Sequence record: PP430345
Strand: one strand, 5' to 3'
DNA: 64,000 bases
DNA from: Escherichia phage vB_EcoM-LTH01
Notes under the pieces: model-generated
What the model saw: only the letters and a program-made list of their open reading frames with translations
What the model was told of the DNA's origin: nothing
The model's database searches: none
Shown here: piece after piece, positions 19,060-28,790 of the stretch
Layout of the letters: every line of letters begins with the position of its first letter
How positions within the stretch are numbered: position 1 is the first letter of the stretch
Translations under genes and position numbers: made by a program

Positions 19060-19144
19060 CATAAGATATTGAATGGGGTATTCTTACCCCATCGAAGCAA
19101 AGAAGTTAACTTACTATTTAAACATTAAAGAGGAGAAATACAAA

Positions 19145-19456
19145 ATGGCTAAATCTAAAACTGACCTGATCACTACCCTGCCTTCTGACCTGGAAGTTCG
19201 TAAGCGTCTGGCTAACATTGTTCAGGAAGGTGTTGAAGCTGTTCGTCGTCAGAAAGATGCTGCTGAAGATCTGAAAAGCATCCTGGCGATCACTAAAGAA
19301 GACCTGAACATCGACCCTAAATTCCTACGTACCCTGATCAACGGTGAATATGATAAGCAAGATGCAGCAGAGAAGAAACGTGCAGCGCTTGAAAGCCAGA
19401 TTGAACAACTGAACGAACTTGATATCTTGATGGGCCGTGAAGTTGGTGAAGAATAA
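19145..19456 (+). CDS. hypothetical small acidic protein with strongly optimised codon usage
   Basis: Start at ATG 19145 with AAAGAGGAGAAA RBS; CTG/CGT/GAA-dominated codons unlike neighbours. Confidence 0.5.
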   Translation: MAKSKTDLITTLPSDLEVRKRLANIVQEGVEAVRRQKDAAEDLKSILAITKEDLNIDPKFLRTLINGEYDKQDAAEKKRAALESQIEQLNELDILMGREVGEE

Positions 19457-19496
19457 TATAAAGTTAATATCTTAAACTTCTATAAGGAGAAATTCT

Positions 19497-19718
19497 GTGA
19501 ATATCAAAGAAGTTAATCCAGGGCAGACAGTTAAGTTCAACCCACTGGGTAATTATGAGGATCGCTATAATTTGTACGGTGTTCAAGTTGGTGATACAGG
19601 TGTTGTTGAATTCGTTGATGAAGAATGTGAATATGTCACTGTTGCATTCACACGTCAGGACGGTGTTATCGTTGATGGTTTCTACGCAGAAGCTGAAGAT
19701 TTAGAACTCGTAGCTTAA
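19497..19718 (+). CDS. hypothetical protein
   Basis: 73 aa, GTG start after AAGGAG. Confidence 0.4.
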   Translation: MNIKEVNPGQTVKFNPLGNYEDRYNLYGVQVGDTGVVEFVDEECEYVTVAFTRQDGVIVDGFYAEAEDLELVA

Positions 19719-19781
19719 GTAACGATCGGGCCACATTAGTGTGGCCCTTATAATGAAAAATACAAAAAAGGAGATACAAAT

Positions 19782-20024
19782 ATGAATATTAATTTTAACG
19801 ACGCAACTTACGAAAAACTGAAATACCTGGCTACTCTGGAAGGTCGATCAGTTGCAGCGTATATCTCCCAAAAGATGGATGAGCTTACAGGTCAACTGGT
19901 AAATGTTGAATATTCACTGAATGATATTCCAGAAGGTACGCCTCTTGCTCATATGGATCTAACTCCAAAGCCACGAATCGTAGATCGTGACACTGATGAA
20001 CAAGATGGTTACGCAAATTGGTAA
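19782..20024 (+). CDS. putative ribbon-helix-helix DNA-binding protein
   Basis: N-terminal ATYEKLKYLATLEGRSVAAYISQKMDEL resembles Arc/CopG-type RHH. Confidence 0.35.
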   Translation: MNINFNDATYEKLKYLATLEGRSVAAYISQKMDELTGQLVNVEYSLNDIPEGTPLAHMDLTPKPRIVDRDTDEQDGYANW

Positions 20025-20033
20025 AAATTTTTA

Positions 20034-20058
20034 AGCCGCCCTTCGGGGCGGTTTTTCT
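20034..20058 (+). terminator. rho-independent terminator
   Basis: GCCGCCCTTCGGGGCGG hairpin then T5. Confidence 0.7.
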
Positions 20059-20069
20059 TTATCTATCTC

Positions 20070-20097
20070 TTGACACCTGCCTCCAGTTCTGTATAAT
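20070..20097 (+). promoter_or_regulatory. sigma70-like promoter
   Basis: TTGACA, 16-bp spacer, TATAAT. Confidence 0.55.
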
Positions 20098-20126
20098 ACC
20101 TATATCAACCAACAACAGGAGATAAA

Positions 20127-20315
20127 ATGAATATTAAACTTACAAAAGAAATGATTGCCGTGTTTATGCAAATTTCGTCAGTTCGTGATGGGATGAGTAA
20201 AGAATCTAAGAGTATTAAGTTACCTGAAGTTGACTCTCTCGTAACACTTCTTGAAAATGTTGGAGCACTTATTCTTCGTGAAATGACCAAGCAAGATTCT
20301 ACTACAGAGGGGTGA
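20127..20315 (+). CDS. hypothetical protein
   Basis: 62-aa ORF with AGGAG RBS directly downstream of promoter. Confidence 0.4.
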   Translation: MNIKLTKEMIAVFMQISSVRDGMSKESKSIKLPEVDSLVTLLENVGALILREMTKQDSTTEG

Positions 20316-20319
20316 TCAA

Positions 20320-20784
20320 TTGAAAACTTTTAAAGAACGTATGGAATTGTTAGATAAAGCTTTGTCTCGTGAAACTCCAGAGAGTTTGTTTGAAAAACTA
20401 CAGTCATACGGAAATGCTGATTACTCTTTCGAAGATATGATGGATGAGATTCCTGAGATCTGTTGGCAAACATGTTATTGGAATAACGATCAAAAAGTTC
20501 AACGTACTATTGTATGTGCAGCTAATCGGTTTAAATTGAAAGATGGTGGAACTCTGATTATCCCTGGATCTCGTCATTACTCTAAGGATATGGCAGAAGT
20601 GCTTGATGTGGTGGGGCCACAATTAGTATCTCAGCAAGTTTGTGGAGACGATCAAGGCTTTATCGACCAATACGGTAATTATTGGAATCGTGAAGAAGCA
20701 ATGATTATTGCAACTTATGCCGGACAGGTACGTATCGAACGTGGTGGAAGTGAGAAAGAACTTTACTCGGAGGACCTTTACTGA
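20320..20784 (+). CDS. hypothetical protein
   Basis: 154-aa ORF. Confidence 0.4.
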   Translation: MKTFKERMELLDKALSRETPESLFEKLQSYGNADYSFEDMMDEIPEICWQTCYWNNDQKVQRTIVCAANRFKLKDGGTLIIPGSRHYSKDMAEVLDVVGPQLVSQQVCGDDQGFIDQYGNYWNREEAMIIATYAGQVRIERGGSEKELYSEDLY

Positions 20785-21056
20785 TGAACACTAAACAGCT
20801 TACTATTGAAGCTTTGCAGCTTAAGATAAAACAAATCGAGTATCTTAACCAGATGATGAAAGAGGGTTGGGGTACGTATACTAATCAGCCTGCCTGGGAG
20901 GCTTTAGGTCATCCATACCTGAACGATGCTTGTAATGGTAATATTCCTCGTGATGGGTTGAAACCTTTCTTACGGGATATGTACATTAAGGTTAACGAAG
21001 AGATCATTGATTCCCTTTACTATCAGATCAGGAAACTCGAAAATGAGAGTAATTGA
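20784..21056 (+). CDS. hypothetical protein
   Basis: 90-aa ORF. Confidence 0.4.
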   Translation: MNTKQLTIEALQLKIKQIEYLNQMMKEGWGTYTNQPAWEALGHPYLNDACNGNIPRDGLKPFLRDMYIKVNEEIIDSLYYQIRKLENESN

Positions 21057-21243
21057 TTCTAAAAGTGATTATTTCAATTCTTTAAATGATAAGGACAAGA
21101 CTAAGATTCGTCACTTCATCGTAGAGATGGGATACACCAACTCTGAAGATTTGAAAGAGCATATTCTCGAATGTTACGTAGCTAAGAAATTTTCTTTGAC
21201 AAGTAAGTGTTTAAATGAGATTATACAGCACTACACGGCTTAA
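21043..21243 (+). CDS. hypothetical protein
   Basis: Start reassigned to in-frame ATG 21043. Confidence 0.35.
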   Translation: MRVIDSKSDYFNSLNDKDKTKIRHFIVEMGYTNSEDLKEHILECYVAKKFSLTSKCLNEIIQHYTA

Positions 21244-21256
21244 GGGGGATAGTTGA

Positions 21257-21589
21257 ATGGGTAAATTAGTTGTTTTGGAAGTTCGGGCAGCAGACTTAGC
21301 AAAGGCAGTTGGTTTCTTTAAATTTGAAGATTCTGAATTTCGTGAGCGATGGGGACTTAACTTACCATCCAAAATCTGTGGTCTTTTTAAGGCAAGTCAG
21401 ATCGAAGACCTGATTATTAAAAAGATTGTTAATCTTGATGGTGTGGAATTTAATAATATTGTCGTTTTCGACGAAGACTTTGATTGGTCTGCCTATTGCA
21501 GCCTTTCAGATTGGATTGCTAAATTCCCGATGGCAGAAAACTGTTCTGTTTCAATTCCTGGATCTTTACTGGAGATTGTGAATGTATAA
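21257..21589 (+). CDS. hypothetical protein
   Basis: 110-aa ORF. Confidence 0.4.
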   Translation: MGKLVVLEVRAADLAKAVGFFKFEDSEFRERWGLNLPSKICGLFKASQIEDLIIKKIVNLDGVEFNNIVVFDEDFDWSAYCSLSDWIAKFPMAENCSVSIPGSLLEIVNV

Positions 21590-21818
21590 TCAAGATATCG
21601 AAACGATTAAAGAAAGGCTTAAGTTGATGACAGCTTCGCCCAATGTAACGACTAAGGATGTTGATCTTATTCGTCAAACACTTCATGTAATAAATTCATT
21701 AGAAGAGGAGATCAAGTCTCTCAATGTTGATGTAGGTTGTTACAAACATGCTTATGTTGCGTTTGCTGACATTACGAAGATTATGGCTCGGGAGTTAGAA
21801 AAATCGAAACATTCTTAG
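21582..21818 (+). CDS. hypothetical protein
   Basis: 78-aa ORF. Confidence 0.4.
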   Translation: MYNQDIETIKERLKLMTASPNVTTKDVDLIRQTLHVINSLEEEIKSLNVDVGCYKHAYVAFADITKIMARELEKSKHS

Positions 21819-21954
21819 GGGTTATCGTTTTAATACTGGCATTCTACCTCTTCACAAGAGCGTGCTGGATTGGATTTTTCAGTACGCCTGACGGATTACT
21901 TTCGGTAGTGCTATTCTTGATTTCAATATCTGCATTGGATCTATAGGAGTTTTT

Positions 21955-22506
21955 ATGCGAGTCACTGATAAACATGTGTTCTTTTATTCTTATCGCGATG
22001 TTTTTAGTAATCATTACCAGGAGATCTCTCCATTCTCAAACTTCGACCAGAAGATGAAGGGGGTTTATTTCCACACTGGTGAGCATTACATGATGTATGA
22101 AAAGGCTATGCTTTTCGGTGACAAAGCTTCAGCGGAAAGGATCATTAAGGCCGTAACGCCGCAAGGTGCTAAAACGCTCGGTCGTAAGGTAAAGAATTTT
22201 GATCAGGCAGTTTGGGATGAAAATAAATTTAACATTGTGACCCGTTTAGTGTATAGTCGTATGTGTGATAATGGTAATCTCCGTGAACTTGCGGTAGGTT
22301 ACCGTAAAAAGGGTTTGAAGTTTGTAGAAGCCTCGCCGAGAGATCGTATATGGGGGATCGGTATGGACGAGAATCATCCTATGGTAGATGATGAAAGTTT
22401 CTGGTATGGAGAGAATCTTTTGGGGAAAGCCTGGGACGAAGCAACGGATATGATTATCGATGTTTCGGAAGCTATGAATATGATTGGTAAATGTGAGGCA
22501 TACTAA
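21955..22506 (+). CDS. NADAR-domain protein (YbiA-like)
   Basis: Motifs FFYSY, FSNF, GEHY, KA.LF, LGRKV, LVEASPRDRIWGIG matching the YbiA/NADAR fold. Confidence 0.75.
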   Translation: MRVTDKHVFFYSYRDVFSNHYQEISPFSNFDQKMKGVYFHTGEHYMMYEKAMLFGDKASAERIIKAVTPQGAKTLGRKVKNFDQAVWDENKFNIVTRLVYSRMCDNGNLRELAVGYRKKGLKFVEASPRDRIWGIGMDENHPMVDDESFWYGENLLGKAWDEATDMIIDVSEAMNMIGKCEAY

Positions 22507-23010
22507 ATGAAATTAACTATCGAATTAATCCCAAGCACAGCTTGGGACAACAACCTTCGGTCTTACCTTACCCAATCTGGTTGGGACAAAGTTCGTCGAA
22601 AGTGCTATCAAGAAGCAAACTACCACTGTGAGGTTTGTGGAGGTCAAGGTGGAAATGGACGTAAGCATCCATGTGAAGCTCACGAGGTATGGGACTTTGT
22701 TGATGGGGAAGTTGTGTTAAGGGGTGTGATCGCTTTATGTCCTCCTTGCCACGAAGTAAAACATATCGGTCGTGCTCAAGCGACTGGTAACATGACTCGT
22801 GCAATACGACACTTTATGAAAGTTAACGGTGTTGACAAGAAGGCTGCTGAAGAATACATTAGGCAAGCTGCGGCATTGTGGCGAGAAAGAAGTAAGCAAG
22901 AGTGGTCTTTGAATATCGATTATCTGTATGAATACATGGGTAAAGATTTCAAATTCAAGCGACCAGTAAAAGAAGTTAAAGAAGACGAAGATTACGGCGA
23001 AGCATTTTAA
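22507..23010 (+). CDS. putative HNH-like zinc-finger nuclease
   Basis: CEVCG...HEVWDF...LCPPCHEVKH pattern; 167 aa. Confidence 0.35.
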   Translation: MKLTIELIPSTAWDNNLRSYLTQSGWDKVRRKCYQEANYHCEVCGGQGGNGRKHPCEAHEVWDFVDGEVVLRGVIALCPPCHEVKHIGRAQATGNMTRAIRHFMKVNGVDKKAAEEYIRQAAALWRERSKQEWSLNIDYLYEYMGKDFKFKRPVKEVKEDEDYGEAF

Positions 23011-23023
23011 TAAGGAGAGGTCT

Positions 23024-24133
23024 ATGGGTTATCCGGTAATTGAAGATTGGTCAGGTATTATCGAAGACAACGTGGTTGTTGCACTTGATCTCGATCAAAC
23101 TTGCTATGTTGCTGCGGCTGGTGCAGAAAAAAGAACGATCATCGCTCGACACAAGGAGACTGGAAGGGAAAAAGAATTTCGCAACAAAACAGAGTTTTGG
23201 GGTCGCCAAAAGAATGTTGTTGGTGGATGGTTAAAAGACCAAAACATTAATATGGAAGCAAAAGCGGTTGCTCGCGGAAAAGAATTTACTCCGTGGACCC
23301 GTGATGATTTCGAGATCATTGAAAAGCAAACTCCAGAACCAGTGGAGAACTGTCTTCACTTATTGAAGATTAAGATCAATGCTATTCTTGAACACGTAGG
23401 ATCAGCAAACGGGCTTGGTGTTTTAGGTGGGAGTGGTAACTTCCGTCTTGCACTCCCGACCCCTGAGATCTATAAGGGTAACCGTGAAGATACTTTACGT
23501 CCTCTGTTGCTTGGGGAGACTCGTCGATATGTTCAGCAGAAGTATGGTGCGATCATTGTGGATGGTATTGAGGCAGATGATTATTTATCGATCCTTGGTT
23601 ACAAAGGTTATTTAAATTATCGAAAGACTGGAAAGTTCAGTCATATTGTGGCATCCTTTGATAAGGATCAGGTTCAGGTTCCTTCTCTGTTGTTTAACAC
23701 GATGCGTGATTCAACAGAGCGTACTTGGAAACATCCTGAACTCTGGTTGATTGATGATTCTATGGGTGAGATCTGGATGGAGTCTGGAAAGGTAAAAGGC
23801 TGGGGTAAGAAATTCTTCGGTTACCAAATGCTATTTGGTGATGCAGCGGATAACGTTAAACCATATCAAACCTTCGAGGGTCTTCGCTTTGGTGAAACAT
23901 CGGCTTTCCAGGTCATCTCCCCTTGTGCAGACGAGAAGAGTATGTGGTTAGCTATTATTGATCAGTATAAGAAGTGGTTTCCTGAGGGTGTTGAATATAC
24001 AGACCACTTAGGGAATCATCGTAAGTTTTCAGCGGGTCAGTGGGCTTCTGTCATTTTCCAGTGTGTTTATATGAAGCGCACAGAAAATGATAAGACAACA
24101 TTATCCTCAACTTTAAAACGGGTAGGTATTTAA
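23024..24133 (+). CDS. putative 5'-3' exonuclease / flap endonuclease (RNase H-like)
   Basis: VVVALDLDQT and IVDGIEADDYL resembling FEN-family metal-binding motifs. Confidence 0.4.
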   Translation: MGYPVIEDWSGIIEDNVVVALDLDQTCYVAAAGAEKRTIIARHKETGREKEFRNKTEFWGRQKNVVGGWLKDQNINMEAKAVARGKEFTPWTRDDFEIIEKQTPEPVENCLHLLKIKINAILEHVGSANGLGVLGGSGNFRLALPTPEIYKGNREDTLRPLLLGETRRYVQQKYGAIIVDGIEADDYLSILGYKGYLNYRKTGKFSHIVASFDKDQVQVPSLLFNTMRDSTERTWKHPELWLIDDSMGEIWMESGKVKGWGKKFFGYQMLFGDAADNVKPYQTFEGLRFGETSAFQVISPCADEKSMWLAIIDQYKKWFPEGVEYTDHLGNHRKFSAGQWASVIFQCVYMKRTENDKTTLSSTLKRVGI

Positions 24134-24444
24134 TGTCAGGCTTTTCTGAGAGTTTTGATGATGTTATGATCGCTGACGAAATTCGTGCAGCACTCGTTCC
24201 TGGCGCAAAGCGCCAGGTCTACAAGATTGAAGAACCTTGGACTATGCTGGAGGAGCCTTGGAGAATTCAATGGTTTGACAAGCGTGTTGATTCTATCTGT
24301 CAGGTCTATGTTGTTGGTGATCCGTTCTACGATGAGAAATATGTAACTTTTATGGTTTACATGGACGGAGAAGTAAAGAACTATGTGTTCTTAATCGACC
24401 AATATCATTATCTTGATAATACCGAAGAAGGGGAATCAGCGTGA
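24133..24444 (+). CDS. hypothetical protein
   Basis: 103-aa ORF. Confidence 0.4.
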   Translation: MSGFSESFDDVMIADEIRAALVPGAKRQVYKIEEPWTMLEEPWRIQWFDKRVDSICQVYVVGDPFYDEKYVTFMVYMDGEVKNYVFLIDQYHYLDNTEEGESA

Positions 24445-25019
24445 AAATTTTATCCATCGATCAGAGTATGGCTTCTTGTGCATGTGTAGTTTTTGACGGT
24501 AATGAACCGATCTTTAAAGAAGTATTGAAAACAACAGGATCTGCAAATGCCAAAGACTGGCAGATTCGTTTTGATAATCCTGTTGAGCAGATGGCATACA
24601 TTTCTCGACACATTGCGGATATTTGTGAGTCTTTCCAGGTCGAGAAGATCGTGCTGGAGTCTTTGAGCTTTGGATCTGCTGGTAATGCCACAAGGGATCT
24701 TGCAGGATTATTTTTCTGTATTCAGTTGACACTACTTCGAGATGGATATAGTATGGACAACATACACACCATTGCACCAACATCTGTTAAATCTTGGGCG
24801 CGAGGTAAATTACCTGGTGAGGAACAAGAGGTGATGAATGCAAAAGGTACGAAGATGGAAAAAATTAAAATGGATAAAGATCAAATGATGAAGGTTTGCG
24901 AGTTGATGGAACCTGGGTTTTTAGCTGGATATTCAAAGACAGGTAAGAACGGCGGGGCTACAGATCTTGCAGATGCCTACTTAATTGGGAGATGCTACCT
25001 TGAACGAAACGGTTATTGA
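24441..25019 (+). CDS. RuvC-like Holliday junction resolvase
   Basis: N-terminal ILSIDQS, IVLES, C-terminal TDLADAYLIG typical of RuvC-fold resolvases; GTG start. Confidence 0.55.
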   Translation: MKILSIDQSMASCACVVFDGNEPIFKEVLKTTGSANAKDWQIRFDNPVEQMAYISRHIADICESFQVEKIVLESLSFGSAGNATRDLAGLFFCIQLTLLRDGYSMDNIHTIAPTSVKSWARGKLPGEEQEVMNAKGTKMEKIKMDKDQMMKVCELMEPGFLAGYSKTGKNGGATDLADAYLIGRCYLERNGY

Positions 25020-25653
25020 ACGCTACGAATCTGAAGAGTTTTACCAGAGTAAGAAATTAGTGATCTGTTGGAATACCCTCGAAAGGGGGGATTTCATTGC
25101 TAAACTAAAGCACACTGCAAATAAGTTGGGGTTTGGTTCTTATCAGAAGGATCGTAGTGGTTACGATATAAACCTGTTTAATGAGCGATCTAAGCTGAAC
25201 ATGCACATTCAGACGATCAGTTCTGCACAGTGGTCTTTTTGGCAAAAAGTCAGAGGTATGTGTTTTGACGAAATCATCATCAGTGGGTATTCTTTTAAGT
25301 CTGTTTCTGATAAAGCTTCACTGAAAGAATTACTTTATTTGACGAAGCAAAAAGGTAATCCGATTTTTGATAATGCTTTAAGGGTTTTTATAAACTCAAG
25401 TCGATCTGAATTCTTTAAGGATTTTGATTCGAACGTTCCATCAGAGTTTAAAAATAATGTTGACAACAGTCTGTTTAGTAATATAAACTTTCCAATGTCA
25501 CTTTATCGCTTCGGAATGGAAGAGTATTTTGAAAACCCTGTTGCACCTACACACGGTGAGTTCTTAATGGCTTTGGCCTTGGAGGGAGTACATGCGAGTA
25601 CCGAGAGTGAGGAAGCGGCGGTCAAAGAGGCCACTATTCACAGCGAAGGATAA
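24985..25653 (+). CDS. hypothetical protein
   Basis: 222-aa ORF. Confidence 0.4.
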   Translation: MGDATLNETVIERYESEEFYQSKKLVICWNTLERGDFIAKLKHTANKLGFGSYQKDRSGYDINLFNERSKLNMHIQTISSAQWSFWQKVRGMCFDEIIISGYSFKSVSDKASLKELLYLTKQKGNPIFDNALRVFINSSRSEFFKDFDSNVPSEFKNNVDNSLFSNINFPMSLYRFGMEEYFENPVAPTHGEFLMALALEGVHASTESEEAAVKEATIHSEG

Positions 25654-25696
25654 GGCAACTACACCTATCCGTGTTAAATTGAATAAGGATCTTTGG

Positions 25697-26170
25697 GTGA
25701 GTGGGTCGAAGGAAATAGCAAAATATCGTGATGAAATATTGCTTGACCAACAGGGAGTTTGTGCTATACTAGGTGAAGTTATGGAGAAGCCTTGTTTAGA
25801 CCATGATCACTTTGATGGAAAGGTTAGGGGTGTTATTGGAAGCACCCTGAACCTTTTCGAAGGTGGTGTACAAAAACTTTGGTCTAAACACATGGAAGAT
25901 AAAACAGACTTGACAATGAGTGAAGTTCTACGTAGAATGGCTGACTATCTCGAAAGGGATTACTCTTCAAGAAAGTTTCATGGTGAGATTGTTGCTGACC
26001 TGAAAAAATATTTGAAGAGATTAAAGAAAGAAACAATTGCAATGAACGCTTTATTGAGGTACAATGTAGTTATCGATGATAGTTTGGATAAAGGTGAAAT
26101 GATAACTCTTTATGTGAAAGCGTTTATCGATAAACTTGAGGAGGGTTATCTGTATGAGTCAAGAAGTTGA
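25697..26170 (+). CDS. recombination endonuclease VII-like protein
   Basis: CLDHDHFDGKVRGV matching the DHDH..G.VRG core of T4 endonuclease VII; start set to GTG 25697 after AAGGA. Confidence 0.55.
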   Translation: MSGSKEIAKYRDEILLDQQGVCAILGEVMEKPCLDHDHFDGKVRGVIGSTLNLFEGGVQKLWSKHMEDKTDLTMSEVLRRMADYLERDYSSRKFHGEIVADLKKYLKRLKKETIAMNALLRYNVVIDDSLDKGEMITLYVKAFIDKLEEGYLYESRS

Positions 26171-26381
26171 CAATAACACCTACGGTTTACCAACCCTGCG
26201 GTTTTATTATCGCAATTGGAAAGGTGATTGTGGTTATCGTACTGTAACTGGTACGCCAGTGATGTGGTATGGTGAATCGCCGTATCATCGTGGCGAACAG
26301 TGGTTTATGAAAGCGTATGATGTAGATAAACAAGATATCCGTGACTTTGCTGTTGCCGATGTAATCGAATTTTTTAAATAA
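26154..26381 (+). CDS. hypothetical protein
   Basis: Start at ATG 26154 with GAGGAGG upstream. Confidence 0.4.
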   Translation: MSQEVDNNTYGLPTLRFYYRNWKGDCGYRTVTGTPVMWYGESPYHRGEQWFMKAYDVDKQDIRDFAVADVIEFFK

Positions 26382-26391
26382 GGAGTTTTTA

Positions 26392-27486
26392 GTGACTAAT
26401 AAAGTAACTTTTACTGTTGAACAAGTTCTGCAACTGATGAAACACGGTTTGTCTCAGCGCGAAGTAGCTCGCCAATTGGGTAAAGAGTCTCAGGAATCTA
26501 CGGTTCGTAATATGATCCGTCGTGAAATTCAAAAGAATGATGTTTCAAGTGTTAAGGAACTCCTTGAAATCACCCCAGCTTATGAAGATTACGAAAACTA
26601 TGCAGAATATATGCAGCAGAAAGAGTCAGGTGGGGAGTCTGTCGCTAAGATTGAAAAAGATTTCATTGAAAAGATCAAAGAGCAGAACCCAGGTGCTAAA
26701 GTTTTCCTTGGTGACATTGAAACATCTCCTTCTATAGCATATTCGTTTGGACGATTTAAACAGTTCATTGCACCGAAGCAGGTAATTATGGAACCGTACA
26801 TGCTGACATTCGCTGGTAAGTGGCTGCACAACCCATCGATCTTCAGCCGGAAGCTGACTGACTATCCAGAAGAGTTTGCACGAGATCACCAGTCAGATCG
26901 CAAGTTGATCGAAGACCTGTGGAAAGTTCTGGACGAATGTGATATCTTTATCGCACATAATGCTCGCTTTGACCGTGGTTGGGCAAATCAGCGTTTCGCA
27001 TATTACGGTATGCAACCGCCAAGCCCCTACATCACGATCGATACATTGGCTGCACTGAAAGAAGCTTTCTCTCTTCCTTCAAATGCACTTGAAGCAGCAT
27101 GTAACTATTTTGAACTTGATAGTCGTAAGCTGTCGCATGAAGGTTTCAGTCTGTGGCGACGTTGTGTTGAAGGTGACCCAACCGCATTTGAAGAGATGGA
27201 AGAATATAACATTGGTGATATTCCAACGCTGGAAGAACTGTATCTGACTGTACGACCTTTCATGCGGAAACATCCGAACATTGCATTGTTCCACAAAGAT
27301 CAATCAACTATGCGTTGTGTTCGTTGTGGTAGTGACGACTTAGTTATTGAGGAAGGTAAGTCAGCAGTAACGTTCTTGTCTAAGTTCAAGGTGTATCGTT
27401 GCCAGGAATGTGGTTCTTGTGCACGAGATCGTCAGAATGTTCGCGAGAAGGCAGCGATGAAGAAAACGCTGGCAAACATTCTGTAA
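26392..27486 (+). CDS. DnaQ-like 3'-5' exonuclease (DEDDh) with C-terminal zinc finger
   Basis: Exo motifs FLGDIETS and IFIAHNARFDRGW; C-terminal CxxC...CxxC. Confidence 0.55.
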   Translation: MTNKVTFTVEQVLQLMKHGLSQREVARQLGKESQESTVRNMIRREIQKNDVSSVKELLEITPAYEDYENYAEYMQQKESGGESVAKIEKDFIEKIKEQNPGAKVFLGDIETSPSIAYSFGRFKQFIAPKQVIMEPYMLTFAGKWLHNPSIFSRKLTDYPEEFARDHQSDRKLIEDLWKVLDECDIFIAHNARFDRGWANQRFAYYGMQPPSPYITIDTLAALKEAFSLPSNALEAACNYFELDSRKLSHEGFSLWRRCVEGDPTAFEEMEEYNIGDIPTLEELYLTVRPFMRKHPNIALFHKDQSTMRCVRCGSDDLVIEEGKSAVTFLSKFKVYRCQECGSCARDRQNVREKAAMKKTLANIL

Positions 27487-27494
27487 TTTTATTT

Positions 27495-27522
27495 AACCGC
27501 CCTTCGGGGCGGTTTTTTTTAT
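27495..27522 (+). terminator. rho-independent terminator
   Basis: ACCGCCCTTCGGGGCGGT hairpin then T8. Confidence 0.75.
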
Positions 27523-27545
27523 TGTGAAAATGAGAGGAGATTAGT

Positions 27546-28184
27546 ATGAAATTCATTAATTTAAATGGTCCTGCTTTTTCTGGTAAAGATGCTCTTGCTA
27601 AAGAGATTGCAGAGTTAGTTACGGTAGATAATAACGTAGGTATTCATGTTGAGTTTAAAGGTTCCCTTATCGATCTAGCTATTCGTATTGCAGGTATTAA
27701 TCGTGAACTGTGGGATGCACTTTACCACCGCGATTATAAAGAAGTACCTCAACCATATTTTAATGTTGCAGGTAAACAAGTGTCCCCACGTAACTGGCTG
27801 ATCCATATCTCTGAGAATGTTGCGAAGCCTCTCTTCGGAGAAGAATACTTTGGTGTTGCTCTTGCCAAGCGTGTTAAAGATATTGCGAAAGGTATGGAAA
27901 TGAATGGTTATACCTGTACGTTTATTAGCTCTGATGGTGGATTTGTTCATGAAAGTGTTCCGGTAGTGAAGGCGGTAAATGGCGATTACACATTGATCCG
28001 TCTGCACCGTACTGATCCACGAACTGGTAATAAATTAACTTTTGAAGGCGATTCTCGTAATTATATTTACTCTGAGAATTTTCCTGAAAGTGCACGACCT
28101 AGAGATTTCGACGTTGAAAACGTTAATGGTAAGCTAACTGAAACTGCAAAATTAATTATCAAACTCTCAGAGGGGAAAGAGTAA
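27546..28184 (+). CDS. deoxynucleoside monophosphate kinase (T4 gp1-like)
   Basis: N-terminus MKFINLNGPAFSGKDA resembles T4 dNMP kinase P-loop. Confidence 0.55.
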   Translation: MKFINLNGPAFSGKDALAKEIAELVTVDNNVGIHVEFKGSLIDLAIRIAGINRELWDALYHRDYKEVPQPYFNVAGKQVSPRNWLIHISENVAKPLFGEEYFGVALAKRVKDIAKGMEMNGYTCTFISSDGGFVHESVPVVKAVNGDYTLIRLHRTDPRTGNKLTFEGDSRNYIYSENFPESARPRDFDVENVNGKLTETAKLIIKLSEGKE

Positions 28185-28790
28185 ATGAAAAAAGCGATCA
28201 TTGTGGATGTTGACTTAACTATCGTTGATTCTGGATGGCCTTGGTTGCACTGGATGGAAAGCATCTATAATATGGAGGCTGATTCTGACCTTATGGAAAA
28301 GGACATTAGCGAGAATGGGTATTTTGATTACAATCTTTCTCGGTACTTTCCTGATCGCTGTAAGAAGGCTATCCCTCCATATGATTATTGGGAAGACCCT
28401 TTCTTGTATGATAAGATGTTCCCTATTGCGGGAGCAGTAGAGGCAATCAATAAGTTACATGCCGCAGGATTCCCTATTCGGTTTGTGTCTTATTGCAAGA
28501 AAGGTCATTTTAGTAGTAAAGTTCGTTTCTTGAAGCGACACTTCCCTAACCTGGATCTTGAAAATGGAACAGACGGGTGTGGTTTTTATGCTACAAAGTA
28601 CAAGGCTGGAGTTTCGGGTGATTACATCATTGATGATCGTAATAAATTTTTGAATCAATTTAGTGACAAGGTAGTAAAAATCAAGTATGATACACCCTTC
28701 AGTCAAGACGAAGAAGAGATCGGGTGTTACGACTTGGTAACTAGCGATTGGGCATCAATTGCTGAATTTATTTTGGAGAGAGAATCTTGA
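28185..28790 (+). CDS. HAD-family phosphatase, 5'(3')-deoxyribonucleotidase-like
   Basis: N-terminal DVDLT motif; C-terminal IIDDRNKF. Confidence 0.45.
   Translation: MKKAIIVDVDLTIVDSGWPWLHWMESIYNMEADSDLMEKDISENGYFDYNLSRYFPDRCKKAIPPYDYWEDPFLYDKMFPIAGAVEAINKLHAAGFPIRFVSYCKKGHFSSKVRFLKRHFPNLDLENGTDGCGFYATKYKAGVSGDYIIDDRNKFLNQFSDKVVKIKYDTPFSQDEEEIGCYDLVTSDWASIAEFILERES

Noticed and set aside
28455-28706. Minus-strand ORFs embedded in the plus-strand early block (e.g. 28455..28706, 32995..33252, 46844..47290, 51404..51721)
   Set aside because: Antisense to well-supported plus-strand genes with motifs, no RBS, and they break the co-directional operon structure.
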